DNA of 64,000 nt from Minisyncoccota bacterium (GTDB lineage Bacteria > Patescibacteriota > Minisyncoccia > Phycocordibacterales > XYD1-FULL-46-19). Below, piece after piece: positions 25,994-34,447 of the stretch. The notes beneath the pieces are model-generated. The model had not been told where the DNA came from. It did no database searches and saw nothing but the letters and a program-made list of their open reading frames with translations. The translations under genes and the position numbers were made by a program. Every line of letters begins with the position of its first letter. Positions within the stretch are counted from its first letter, which is position 1. The stretch is from contig JBAYIK010000001.1 of NCBI GenBank assembly GCA_041665625.1, positions 196,341 through 260,340 of the forward strand, read 5' to 3'.

Positions 25994-26662
25994 GTGGCAG
26001 ACCCCAAACAGAAAGAGAAAACCCCAAGGAGGCAGCTAAGTCCCGACTGTCGGGCAAAGGTCTCCAAAGCCTGGGCCCAATGCCTCGCCGACCCCGAAAC
26101 CCCAACCCCCTTTGCCCAAGGGACCCACGCTGTCTACAACGGGAGCACAATCCCCAACCTCATCATTGAGGGAATCAGGGGCCAGATGGAAGATGAGGGA
26201 AAGTTCTTCAAGCCCGAGGACGAGGTCAGCATTTTCTTCGAGATCAGCGGGGTAGTTCTTCCCCGACACCTGACAGTGACCGGAGGACTAGAGAGCTTCC
26301 TCATGGAGATCGAAGACCAGTTCTTGAACGGCTGGCCCTTCCAAGGTGAGAAGCCTGGTGCGAAGAGAACGCTCAGCGATATCGTTCGACTAAGGGTCAA
26401 GACCGCGATCAAGGAATCGGTGAGCAACGCCAACGTCGCGAGAGAAGACGTCGCGGGGATCTTGGCAACCGAGATCATGAGCAAGTACTACCTCGAAACC
26501 GAGGAGACCTCGGCTGAGCTCTTCGCCGTCTTCGACACGGTGATGGACAGTCTGGGTCAGAGAGGCCTCGAAGAATTCTTTGACAGCTTCGAATCCGAAG
26601 TCCTCAACCACCCCCTGCTGAAAGATGCTCCGCCCGAGCAACAGGAGATCCCCGAGACTTGA
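25994..26662 (+). CDS. hypothetical protein, member 3 of the GC-rich paralog family
   Basis: 'GVVLPRHLTVTGGLESFLMEIEDQFLNGWPFQGEKPG' parallels 'G.VVL...L...ME.W.KP' of the other members. GC-rich. Confidence 0.55.
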   Translation: MADPKQKEKTPRRQLSPDCRAKVSKAWAQCLADPETPTPFAQGTHAVYNGSTIPNLIIEGIRGQMEDEGKFFKPEDEVSIFFEISGVVLPRHLTVTGGLESFLMEIEDQFLNGWPFQGEKPGAKRTLSDIVRLRVKTAIKESVSNANVAREDVAGILATEIMSKYYLETEETSAELFAVFDTVMDSLGQRGLEEFFDSFESEVLNHPLLKDAPPEQQEIPET

Positions 26663-26678
26663 TCTCCCTCAATTTGCA

Positions 26679-26715
26679 AACGCCGCGGCTAACCCCCGCG
26701 GCGATTGTGTTTTAT
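26679..26715 (+). terminator. intrinsic terminator
   Basis: CGCCGCGG-CTAACCC-CCGCGGCG then ATTGTGTTTTAT. Confidence 0.65.
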
Positions 26716-26734
26716 ATAAAATACGAACAAAAAA

Positions 26735-27796
26735 TTAATCGTCTAAGCTTGGCTTTTCTATCAACTCCGGTTCAAAACCGGCCGAGGCACCCGTGACCCG
26801 CATTACGTCCTTGTCCACTTTCTTAAGCTCCTTATAGGCCAAATTATAGTGATTTACCGAGGTTCCCAGAGCATTCCCCAGCTTGGCCATATAGCCCTCA
26901 TAAGCCCCTATATGCTTGCCTAGCTCCTCGACCCTCTTACGTATCTCCTTGGCCGATTCTTCGATCTGGAGGGCTTTTAGGCCCTGTAGGACGGTCTGTA
27001 GATAGGCCAGGAAGCTCGTCGGGGAGACGATAATAACGTGATATTTAGAGGCGGCCCGCTGGATGAGATTCTCAGTATTCTCGTCCTGGAGGGCCCCAAT
27101 TTTGTTAATTAGAAGGTCATAATAAATGGCCTCGTGGGGGATGAACATGAAGGCAAACTCCATAGTCCCCTGGTCGGGCTGAACATATTTGGCCGTCTCG
27201 GTAATACGATTCTTGAGGTCATTCACAAAGACTTTCTCATACTTCTCTTTCTCAGTCTCATTCCTCTCCCCCACTATGCGATTATAATTTTCTAGAGAAA
27301 ACTTAGAGTCGATCGGGATTATTTTATCTTTGACAAAAACCACAGCATCAACAATGGTGCCATCAGAAAAAGGATATTGCATCTGATAAGAGCCCGGGGG
27401 CATAATATTCTTGAGCAAGGTCTCGAGATAATACTCCCCCACTATCCCGCGCTGTTTAGGATTTTTTAAAATATCTTGAAGTGATTGAAGTTGATCGGTG
27501 AAGTTAACAACTTGTTTATTGGTCTCTTCTAGCCTGACAAGTTTTTCTGTCACCTCTCGAGACAATCTAGAAAATTCATTAAACTGCGAGCGCACGTTCT
27601 CAGCGGACATTTTGTTAGTCTCGAGCAAACGACTGTCGATAGTTTTGGTAAGATTCTCAATCTGATTCTGCAAGAGCATCATCGCACTATTATCTTGAGG
27701 CTTAATTGTCTCCTTCTGTCCCAATAAACGCAAAGCAATAAAAGCCAGACTGAAGCCCGCGACGAGAGCAATAATGACAAAGATTATGGTGTTCAT
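26735..27796 (-). CDS. rmuC: DNA recombination protein RmuC
   Basis: N-terminal TM, long coiled coil, RmuC C-terminal domain. Confidence 0.8.
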   Translation of the reverse strand: MNTIIFVIIALVAGFSLAFIALRLLGQKETIKPQDNSAMMLLQNQIENLTKTIDSRLLETNKMSAENVRSQFNEFSRLSREVTEKLVRLEETNKQVVNFTDQLQSLQDILKNPKQRGIVGEYYLETLLKNIMPPGSYQMQYPFSDGTIVDAVVFVKDKIIPIDSKFSLENYNRIVGERNETEKEKYEKVFVNDLKNRITETAKYVQPDQGTMEFAFMFIPHEAIYYDLLINKIGALQDENTENLIQRAASKYHVIIVSPTSFLAYLQTVLQGLKALQIEESAKEIRKRVEELGKHIGAYEGYMAKLGNALGTSVNHYNLAYKELKKVDKDVMRVTGASAGFEPELIEKPSLDD

Positions 27797-27861
27797 AATT
27801 TACATTGTAACAAAAATCTAATATAACTAAAGAGGATATAGACATCCAGAAAGGAGTAAGT

Positions 27862-28194
27862 ATGGCTGAAGATATCTGGGAATTCGACGCACCAAAGAAC
27901 CCCTTCAGGCCAGAAGTGGTCCTTGAGGTCTGCACTTGCGGTAAGTGTGGCAAATCTGGTGTCCCTGTTGGGAGGCTCATTGGGGATCCCGAGTCTCCAC
28001 CACTAGAAGTAAGCTTCTCAAGGCCAAGTGCCCGAGTAATGGCTAAGGGGCTCTGGGAAGCGGGAATGATCAACAAGCCCAACTACCTCTTCTTGCTTAG
28101 ACAGATTTCTCGGTCGGAGATGGCAGACAGACTCCTCGAGAGAGATGAAAAAAAGAGAGAGGAAAATCTCTCCGACTTCTGCGAGAAGGGTTAA
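27862..28194 (+). CDS. hypothetical protein, member 4 of the GC-rich paralog family
   Basis: SD AAAGGAG. 'PEVVLEVCTCG...MAKGLWEAGM' parallels 'GEVVLAVLEG...LARWVWDEV' of 8150..8518. Confidence 0.55.
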   Translation: MAEDIWEFDAPKNPFRPEVVLEVCTCGKCGKSGVPVGRLIGDPESPPLEVSFSRPSARVMAKGLWEAGMINKPNYLFLLRQISRSEMADRLLERDEKKREENLSDFCEKG

Positions 28195-28234
28195 CCGGTC
28201 GCACCCACAAAGGGTGCGACCGGATTATTTTTTA
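28194..28234 (+). terminator. intrinsic terminator
   Basis: CCGGTCGCACCC-ACAAA-GGGTGCGACCGG then ATTATTTTTT. Confidence 0.75.
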
Positions 28235-28981
28235 CTGACGAAGATCTTTATTAACCTTAGTATAGGGTCGGCCAAAAATAATTGGCCAGAGATAATTAAT
28301 ACCATAACGCAAAGCAATGCGAATTGTTCCTTCAGTTTTAAGACGACGACCAGAGGTCTCCATCGGGAGACTAAAAGTCCATTTTACTTTACCAACTTTC
28401 TCAATCCTCATCGCGACATCAGTCTCCTCACCATAGAAATCAAATAAATCGACACGGTAGCCACCAATGGCTTCGAGAGCCGTCCGACGAAGAATAAAAT
28501 TCCCGCCTTGTAGCATCGCCCCTTTTTTAAAAAATAATTGATCAAACCAAACGACGGCTAAACCGATAGCGTAAAAAAACTTGGAGAGAAAATTAACCGC
28601 TGGAGATAAGTCATAATAAATATAGGGGCCAGAGAGAGCGACTAGTTTAGAATCATTCTCAAACTCCATTAAGACTTTAGCGACCCAGCCCACTGGCAAC
28701 TGACTGTCAGCATCGATGTTGCCAATGAGTTCTCCGGTCGAATTAACAAAACCGGCCTGACGGGCTCGCACCAAACCTTTTCTTTCCTCGTCAACAACAT
28801 TAACAAAAGGAAAACCTAGGGCAATTTCTTTGGTTCTATCCGTACTCGCATTATTAACAACAACAACTTCAACGACATCCTCATAACCCTTAATTCCCTG
28901 CTCAACGTACCCAAGGCAGTGAGCGAGCCCGGCCTCTTCGTTATAAGCCGGAATAACAATACTTAATTTTTTATTGGCCAT
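28232..28981 (-). CDS. family 2 glycosyltransferase
   Basis: 'LSIVIPAYNEEAGL', 'DADSQ'. Confidence 0.8.
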   Translation of the reverse strand: MANKKLSIVIPAYNEEAGLAHCLGYVEQGIKGYEDVVEVVVVNNASTDRTKEIALGFPFVNVVDEERKGLVRARQAGFVNSTGELIGNIDADSQLPVGWVAKVLMEFENDSKLVALSGPYIYYDLSPAVNFLSKFFYAIGLAVVWFDQLFFKKGAMLQGGNFILRRTALEAIGGYRVDLFDFYGEETDVAMRIEKVGKVKWTFSLPMETSGRRLKTEGTIRIALRYGINYLWPIIFGRPYTKVNKDLRQ

Positions 28982-30134
28982 GATATTTATTAATAACTTC
29001 TTGATATATCTCTTCCCATTGTTCACAAATGGCTTGAGGAGAATAACGAAGGGCCACGAGTCGTCCGGCCAAACCTAATTGTAGACCAAGTTCAGGATTC
29101 TTCAATAAGTTTTTAATTCGCTCGGCCATTAGTTCATAATCATCAACAGGCACTAAGTAGCCCGTCTCCCCTTCGCTGACATATTCAGGCAAAGCTCGAG
29201 CGTTAACCCCAACAACCGGTATACCACAAGCCATCGCCTGAAGAGCCACCATGCTCTGAGTCTCCGCAGGGCTAGCAATCGCAAAAACATCGGAGGACTG
29301 AAAAAGTTTAGCTAATTCTGGTTTACTCAAAGTTCCGACAAACACCACATTGTCCTCTAGCCCTAACTCCGAGATTAATTTCCGCCACTTAGACTCCTCA
29401 GCACCATGACCGGCTAGCGCCAGAGCGACATTAGGAATTTCCTCTTTGACCAGAGCAATCGCCCGTAAAATAATCTCAACCCTTTTCTCTAAGGCAAAGC
29501 GGCCAGCAAAAGAAACAACCGGGCGACCAGCCAAGCCAAAAAATTCTTTTAATTTTTCTTTAGCCTCGAAGTTCGGCTTGAAGGTCTCTGTATCAATCGG
29601 ATTAGAAATTGGATGAGAAGATTTACCAAAACCATGTTTGGTCATCTCAGTCAGGACTGTTTGGGATGGAGCGGTAAGATGCTCCCCGCGGTTATAAAAC
29701 CAAGCATCGTAACGTGAACCAATACTTCCTAAGAGTTTAGGGGCAAAGGGGCTATAACAAGTGAACTCTGAGACGATACTATGATTAGTTCCAATCATTG
29801 GAAGCTTAAGTAAACGCGCCGCGAGAAGAGATTCGAGCCCCATACTCGCGATGGTGTGAGTATGGATAATATCTGGTCGATTCTCACGAAGAAGTCTCCA
29901 ACCTTTGCCTGTCGGATAAGCCAGTCGCGCCGGAATAGAAATTGGTAAACGTAAAGAAGGGAAACGATGAATAAAAACATTCTCACCCAAATCAATTTCT
30001 TCGGTTGGGATATGGGGAACATAAATATCAACCCGATGTCCACGCGCGCCAAGTGACGAAGCCATCAAAGCAATCGAATCTTCAACTCCGCCCAAGTGAG
30101 GATAGAAAGTATCAGCAAAGATGGCAATTTTCAT
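28971..30134 (-). CDS. family 4 (GT-B) glycosyltransferase
   Basis: 'MKIAIFADTFYPHLGGVE' start. C-terminal 'E..G.......E' donor-binding region. Confidence 0.8.
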   Translation of the reverse strand: MKIAIFADTFYPHLGGVEDSIALMASSLGARGHRVDIYVPHIPTEEIDLGENVFIHRFPSLRLPISIPARLAYPTGKGWRLLRENRPDIIHTHTIASMGLESLLAARLLKLPMIGTNHSIVSEFTCYSPFAPKLLGSIGSRYDAWFYNRGEHLTAPSQTVLTEMTKHGFGKSSHPISNPIDTETFKPNFEAKEKLKEFFGLAGRPVVSFAGRFALEKRVEIILRAIALVKEEIPNVALALAGHGAEESKWRKLISELGLEDNVVFVGTLSKPELAKLFQSSDVFAIASPAETQSMVALQAMACGIPVVGVNARALPEYVSEGETGYLVPVDDYELMAERIKNLLKNPELGLQLGLAGRLVALRYSPQAICEQWEEIYQEVINKYHGQ

Positions 30135-30141
30135 ATAAAAA

Positions 30142-30732
30142 TTATTTCTCTTCAATCTTACGACTTTTGCGCCAATAGTAGAAAGAGACAGCCGCCAAAA
30201 TCGCCAAGGCGACAGACATAAGCGCTCCAGCGTAATCAAGATAAACAACGAACTTCTGGTAAGCATCCCCGATGAAGTAGCCAATGGTCATGAGAACCGC
30301 CGTCTTAATAACTTCAATAGTGATGCCATAACGTAAGAATTTATAAAAACTATATTTGGCGAGCCCCGCCCCGGTCAATACTGCCGCCGCGGCAATGTGA
30401 GGAGTAATCTTAGCAGTCAACAAAATCTTGCCACCGTGATTATCGAAATGATTTTTTAATTTTATTGTCTGTTCGAGATCAAGCCTCAGCCAATGGCCCC
30501 ATTTCTTGATCAAAGGGGGTCCACCCCAATAGCCAACAGCGTAATAGATAGCGTCGCCCAAAATATTGGCAAAGATTAAAATAAAATAGGCAACAAAAAA
30601 ATTGAAGATACCTAAAGCCGAGAACCAGCCACAAATCACCGCAATAACAGGTCCTTCAACAAAAGCGATAGGAAAAACCAATAAATAACCGTAAGTCTTA
30701 AGGAGAACAATGGCTTGGGCAATGGTGAACAT
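30142..30732 (-). CDS. DedA-family membrane protein
   Basis: 'VFPIAFVEGPVIAVICGWF' DedA signature. Confidence 0.75.
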   Translation of the reverse strand: MFTIAQAIVLLKTYGYLLVFPIAFVEGPVIAVICGWFSALGIFNFFVAYFILIFANILGDAIYYAVGYWGGPPLIKKWGHWLRLDLEQTIKLKNHFDNHGGKILLTAKITPHIAAAAVLTGAGLAKYSFYKFLRYGITIEVIKTAVLMTIGYFIGDAYQKFVVYLDYAGALMSVALAILAAVSFYYWRKSRKIEEK

Positions 30733-30773
30733 TCTAAAATGATAGCACGAATCGAGATCCTTAAAAATATACC

Positions 30774-31748
30774 TTATATATTAGAAGGTGAAAATACCGC
30801 ATACAAGAAAGGATAGCTGTCGGTATTTATCGAATCTATCGTCGATATTTCGGTTAGCACTTTGCATTCATCAATATCTACTACAACCATTTTGCCGGCT
30901 TCTTCTTCAAGTTTAGATGTCGCTTTTTTTACTATCAAGATTGAGGGAAGATTGATAGGCCACAACGTATCGTTTGGCTCGACGGGATTACCAATAATTA
31001 GATTCGGGCATACCAATGTTTGGTTATCTGTCCTATAAAATTTGGTCCTTCCAAACATATAACTTTGGTTATAATTAGCAATATATTTTCCATCGGGTGA
31101 GACACTAAAACTTTTACCATTATCGATTGGAATGTCGTATGAGCTAATCTTGAAGTCTGGAAGATTGACTGATTTTAGGGATTTATTTGTATCATACTTT
31201 GTATATGCATTTTCTGTATAAAAGTATTTATTGTCCCTTGTCCAACCTATTTTGGATACATTGAGACTATCACCAAATTCCTCGAATGCTTCATTTTTTA
31301 TCATCTTACCAACTTCGATCTTTTTTTGACTTAAGCTATCTCTAATAACAAGGCTGTTACTATTTTTATATACAACATATCTATGATCAAATGACCAACT
31401 TGGAGGATCCACAGAAACAGGGCCTTCAAATCTAAAAACTTCATTTTTAACATCTGAAGCTATTAATTTTGATTGAGGATTAGAAAAATTGCCAATATAC
31501 AATTTCCCATCAAGTATATAACTAAATTCATTGTTATTAATCCATACTAATGGACTTGCTCCTCTTTTGTATGAAGTTCCTGATGAAGTAATGGTTACTG
31601 TGACCTTATTTGTTTCAACATCCCTTATCTCAACCATCTCTCCACCGTTTACCAAATATGATATATATTTACTATCAGGAGACCAATTTATATCCGTATA
31701 TGCTTTGTCCCCAGGCATAATTAAGTCTCTTTTTTCGGAAGAATTCAC
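30774..31748 (-). CDS. WD40-like/TolB-like beta-propeller repeat protein (N-terminus probably missing)
   Basis: Repeated 'SPDGKYI' blades. Start codon is GTG. The frame stays open upstream to 31943, where DNA composition switches to GC-rich. No signal peptide. Confidence 0.6.
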   Translation of the reverse strand: MNSSEKRDLIMPGDKAYTDINWSPDSKYISYLVNGGEMVEIRDVETNKVTVTITSSGTSYKRGASPLVWINNNEFSYILDGKLYIGNFSNPQSKLIASDVKNEVFRFEGPVSVDPPSWSFDHRYVVYKNSNSLVIRDSLSQKKIEVGKMIKNEAFEEFGDSLNVSKIGWTRDNKYFYTENAYTKYDTNKSLKSVNLPDFKISSYDIPIDNGKSFSVSPDGKYIANYNQSYMFGRTKFYRTDNQTLVCPNLIIGNPVEPNDTLWPINLPSILIVKKATSKLEEEAGKMVVVDIDECKVLTEISTIDSINTDSYPFLYAVFSPSNI

Positions 31749-31902
31749 AACAACAAGGGATACTCCCGTTTTACCATAATCAAATTTCCCAATAGTTCCA
31801 TCACGGTCAAAGTTTAATCGCGAGTAAATAATATATTTACCATTAGGAGACCACCTCGGGCTTAAAATACTTTCATTGTCGGCCTCTACTAATTTCTTAG
31901 TG

Positions 31903-32526
31903 CTACCCTCTTTGTCGACGATGGAAGTAGTACTCGGGGTTAATCACACGCGGGACTGCGTCGGCCAGGCAGGTCGCTCCCCAGACCACGCAGATGAAAC
32001 CCACAACATAAGGGATGAATACGGCGGTAAAGCCTCTCCACCCACTCTCCGAGAAAAGGTTCTGGCTGTCGAAGATTGACTCTCCCTTTTCGCATTTCCA
32101 CTTTCTCCTGACGACCGACGAGAAGACGACCGCCACAAGGAACAGAGTCCATGGCACGATCAACTCGCTGATCGCCGCCGCGTATTGCTGCTTGACGAAG
32201 ATCTTCCAAATCTGCGGCGACACCTTCTCGAGTGTCACAGAGATGGAGCTCACCAACTGGGTGACCATGTCGAGCGCCCGATCGGCGACTCTGGACATGT
32301 CCACGCTTGGCTTTTCGAGGCTGTTTGGATCCGTCTTGGCCGGCGCGGCCTTTGGCGTCTCCACCCCGAACAATCCGACCAGAGACTGAAGCTGGGCCTG
32401 AGCCGTCGCCTTCTCAGCCGGTGTGAACACCTTCTGCGAGGTATCGATGGGGGCCTCTTGCGCCATCGAAACGACGGGGACGCAGAGGAACGACAGGACG
32501 ACTGCCAACAAAACGAGCTTATGCAT
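31903..32526 (-). CDS. hypothetical secreted protein (GC-rich insert)
   Basis: SD GGAAGAAGGAAAC then ATG. Signal peptide 'MHKLVLLAVVLSFLCVPVVSMA', C-terminal TM. The last 14 codons read through into AT-rich flank DNA. Confidence 0.55.
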   Translation of the reverse strand: MHKLVLLAVVLSFLCVPVVSMAQEAPIDTSQKVFTPAEKATAQAQLQSLVGLFGVETPKAAPAKTDPNSLEKPSVDMSRVADRALDMVTQLVSSISVTLEKVSPQIWKIFVKQQYAAAISELIVPWTLFLVAVVFSSVVRRKWKCEKGESIFDSQNLFSESGWRGFTAVFIPYVVGFICVVWGATCLADAVPRVINPEYYFHRRQRG

Positions 32527-32619
32527 TGAACGGTTTCCTTCTTCCGATTGTAAGACCGACACCATGTCGGTCATCATTTCTGGTTCATACTATATAGATT
32601 AATATTGATTCTGTCAAGA

Positions 32620-32634
32620 CTGTGACCTCACGGG
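32620..32634. repeat. 15-bp direct repeat of the tRNA 3' end (CTGTGACCTCACGGG)
   Basis: Identical to 32722-32736, which covers the last 12 nt of the tRNA plus 3 nt beyond. Confidence 0.6.
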
Positions 32635-32684
32635 ATCTCCCTCGACTAAAACAAAGCAGTTTGCTCTCTTGAGGCCACAAATAA

Positions 32685-32716
32685 AAATGGCCCGCTAAAG
32701 AAAGCGGGCTCATTTT
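32685..32716 (-). terminator. hairpin plus T-run downstream of the tRNA
   Basis: AGCCCGCT..AGCGGGCC then ATTTTTATTT on the minus strand. Confidence 0.5.
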
Positions 32717-32724
32717 TATATCTG

Positions 32725-32796
32725 TGACCTCACGGGGAATCGAACCCCGATTACCGCCTTGAGAAGGCGATGTCCTAACCGTTAGACGATGAGGCC
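32725..32796 (-). tRNA. tRNA-Glu (anticodon CUC)
   Basis: Manual cloverleaf: acceptor GGCCTCA/TGAGGTC, D-stem GTCT/GGAC, anticodon stem-loop with loop TTCTCAA (U33, anticodon CTC, A37), T-arm CGGGG-TTCGATT-CCCCG, discriminator A, CCA not encoded. Confidence 0.75.
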
Positions 32797-32959
32797 AAAT
32801 TTTTACCCTAAAATCATAACATCTAAGGCCCTTTTGGGCAATATTTTGGCAGAGTTTTTATAAGGATATTTACTTGACATTATGTCAAGCCTATGCTATA
32901 CTCTAGAAAGGTAGAGGGACGTGGGCGATTTTGCCCAATCCCAACAAGGAGAAACCAAG

Positions 32960-33069
32960 ATGATGACCACATTGCTCTTTCTGTGCTGGACCCTGATCAT
33001 GTCGCTGGTCGTTTACGTCAGCATCAAGGGGCCCGAGAAGCTCGCCATCCACATCATCGGCGAGTACTA
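32960..33069 (+). CDS. 36-aa small hydrophobic protein (MMTTLLFLCWTLIMSLVVYVSIKGPEKLAIHIIGEY)
   Basis: SD CAAGGAGA 7 nt upstream. Followed by a GC-rich terminator. Not in the ORF track (under 60 aa). Confidence 0.4.
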
Positions 33070-33084
33070 ACCCGGGGGCAATAG

Positions 33085-33125
33085 CCCTAAAACCCCTCCC
33101 CTCGGCTTCGGCTGGCGGGAGGGCT
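33085..33125 (+). terminator. intrinsic terminator
   Basis: CCCTCCCCTCGGC..GCTGGCGGGAGGG then CTTCTTATTTT. Confidence 0.55.
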
Positions 33126-33140
33126 TCTTATTTTAGAAAA

Positions 33141-34445
33141 TTATCTTTTCTTCCACTCAGCATCCTGACGGACCAAAAGTTTTTCTTTAAGTTCAGGGTG
33201 GAACATTATCTCTTCAACCACCTTCTCCATCCTCACCGATTGCGAACCTTTAACAAAGATGACGTCCCCCGCTTTTATCTTGCTCTGCAAGAATTGACCA
33301 GCTTCGACAGAATCATCAAAATGCTTTATTTTTTTCTCAGAGAATTTTTTCTCGAGCATCGCTTCATCAATAAATTTAGACCGCAAGCCAACCGTGATCG
33401 CCAAGTCACAAATCTCCGCCGCTTGATAACCTATTTTTTTATGTGCCTCGACGGTCATCCCACCGAGCTGCATCATGTCACCCATCACAGCAATTTTACG
33501 GCCTTCATTTTTAAAACTTTCTAGAGCGGTGAGCCCTGCCGACATCGCCGCTGGCGAGGCATTGTAGGTATCATCCAAAATTACCGTTCCCTTAATCCCT
33601 TCAATAAGACGCAAGCGTCCAGGAGGGGGCAGATAACTAGCCAGAGAATCCACCATCTCAACCATATTAAGGCCAAGCTTATCCCCTACTGAGAGAGCGG
33701 CAAGAACGGGATAAATTTGATGGGAACCAATGACCCCGGGAATTTTTACTTCTAGTTCTTTCCCATTATGATAAAGTTTGAAAGAGAGGCCCGCTGGTAA
33801 TTCTTGACCATTTTTTATTTCATAAAAAGTCTCACCCAAACTCGAACGATAATCAGCTGAATCATTCTGACCATAAGTAAAGATCTCAGCTTTGATATCT
33901 AAGACAAATTTGAGAGCGTTCCCGTCATCGGCATTCAAGAGAACGAAGCCATCAAGAGGAACCGACTTCGGTAAAAGCATTTTCTCGTTGATGACCTCAT
34001 CCTTAGACTTAAAGAATTCCATATGCACCGGCACCTCGGGCAAGAGAGTAGTCACCGCTACATCGAACTTAACCCATTTCAATATATCTTTAATCTCGCC
34101 GGGATACTCTAACCCCACCTCTAGCACGAGCCATTTGGGATAAGCTCGAGTCCCAAACAATTGACGCAGACCATAAATCATAATCTCCAACCAGCCAAAA
34201 GGATCATTCCAAGCAGACTGGCAGCCAAGGATAGTAAGAGGGATACCAATATCACCGTTATAACTTTTCTCACTCTTACGGACAGAAAAACCGCCAGCGG
34301 AGAGGACACGGTAAATGGCATCCTTAGTTGAAGTCTTCCCGACACTACCGGTCACTCCAATAATTTTGGGGTGATATTTGTTAAGAAGCATCTTCGCTTC
34401 CCACTGAAGAATCTTAGCAATTGTGGTTTTTAGGACTTTTTTCAT
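33141..34445 (-). CDS. murF: UDP-N-acetylmuramoyl-tripeptide--D-alanyl-D-alanine ligase
   Basis: 'IGVTGSVGKTSTKD' P-loop, Mur ligase domains. Confidence 0.85.
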   Translation of the reverse strand: MKKVLKTTIAKILQWEAKMLLNKYHPKIIGVTGSVGKTSTKDAIYRVLSAGGFSVRKSEKSYNGDIGIPLTILGCQSAWNDPFGWLEIMIYGLRQLFGTRAYPKWLVLEVGLEYPGEIKDILKWVKFDVAVTTLLPEVPVHMEFFKSKDEVINEKMLLPKSVPLDGFVLLNADDGNALKFVLDIKAEIFTYGQNDSADYRSSLGETFYEIKNGQELPAGLSFKLYHNGKELEVKIPGVIGSHQIYPVLAALSVGDKLGLNMVEMVDSLASYLPPPGRLRLIEGIKGTVILDDTYNASPAAMSAGLTALESFKNEGRKIAVMGDMMQLGGMTVEAHKKIGYQAAEICDLAITVGLRSKFIDEAMLEKKFSEKKIKHFDDSVEAGQFLQSKIKAGDVIFVKGSQSVRMEKVVEEIMFHPELKEKLLVRQDAEWKKR

Positions 34446-34447
34446 AA

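Noticed and set aside
32620-32736. The tRNA 3' direct repeats as the two ends of the adjacent GC-rich island
   Set aside because: The copies are only 87 bp apart, and the GC-rich genes lie outside them.
32893-33084. Track ORF 32893..33084(+)
   Set aside because: Arg/His-rich translation in GC-rich DNA. A better-supported 36-codon membrane ORF with an SD lies in another frame (32960..33069).
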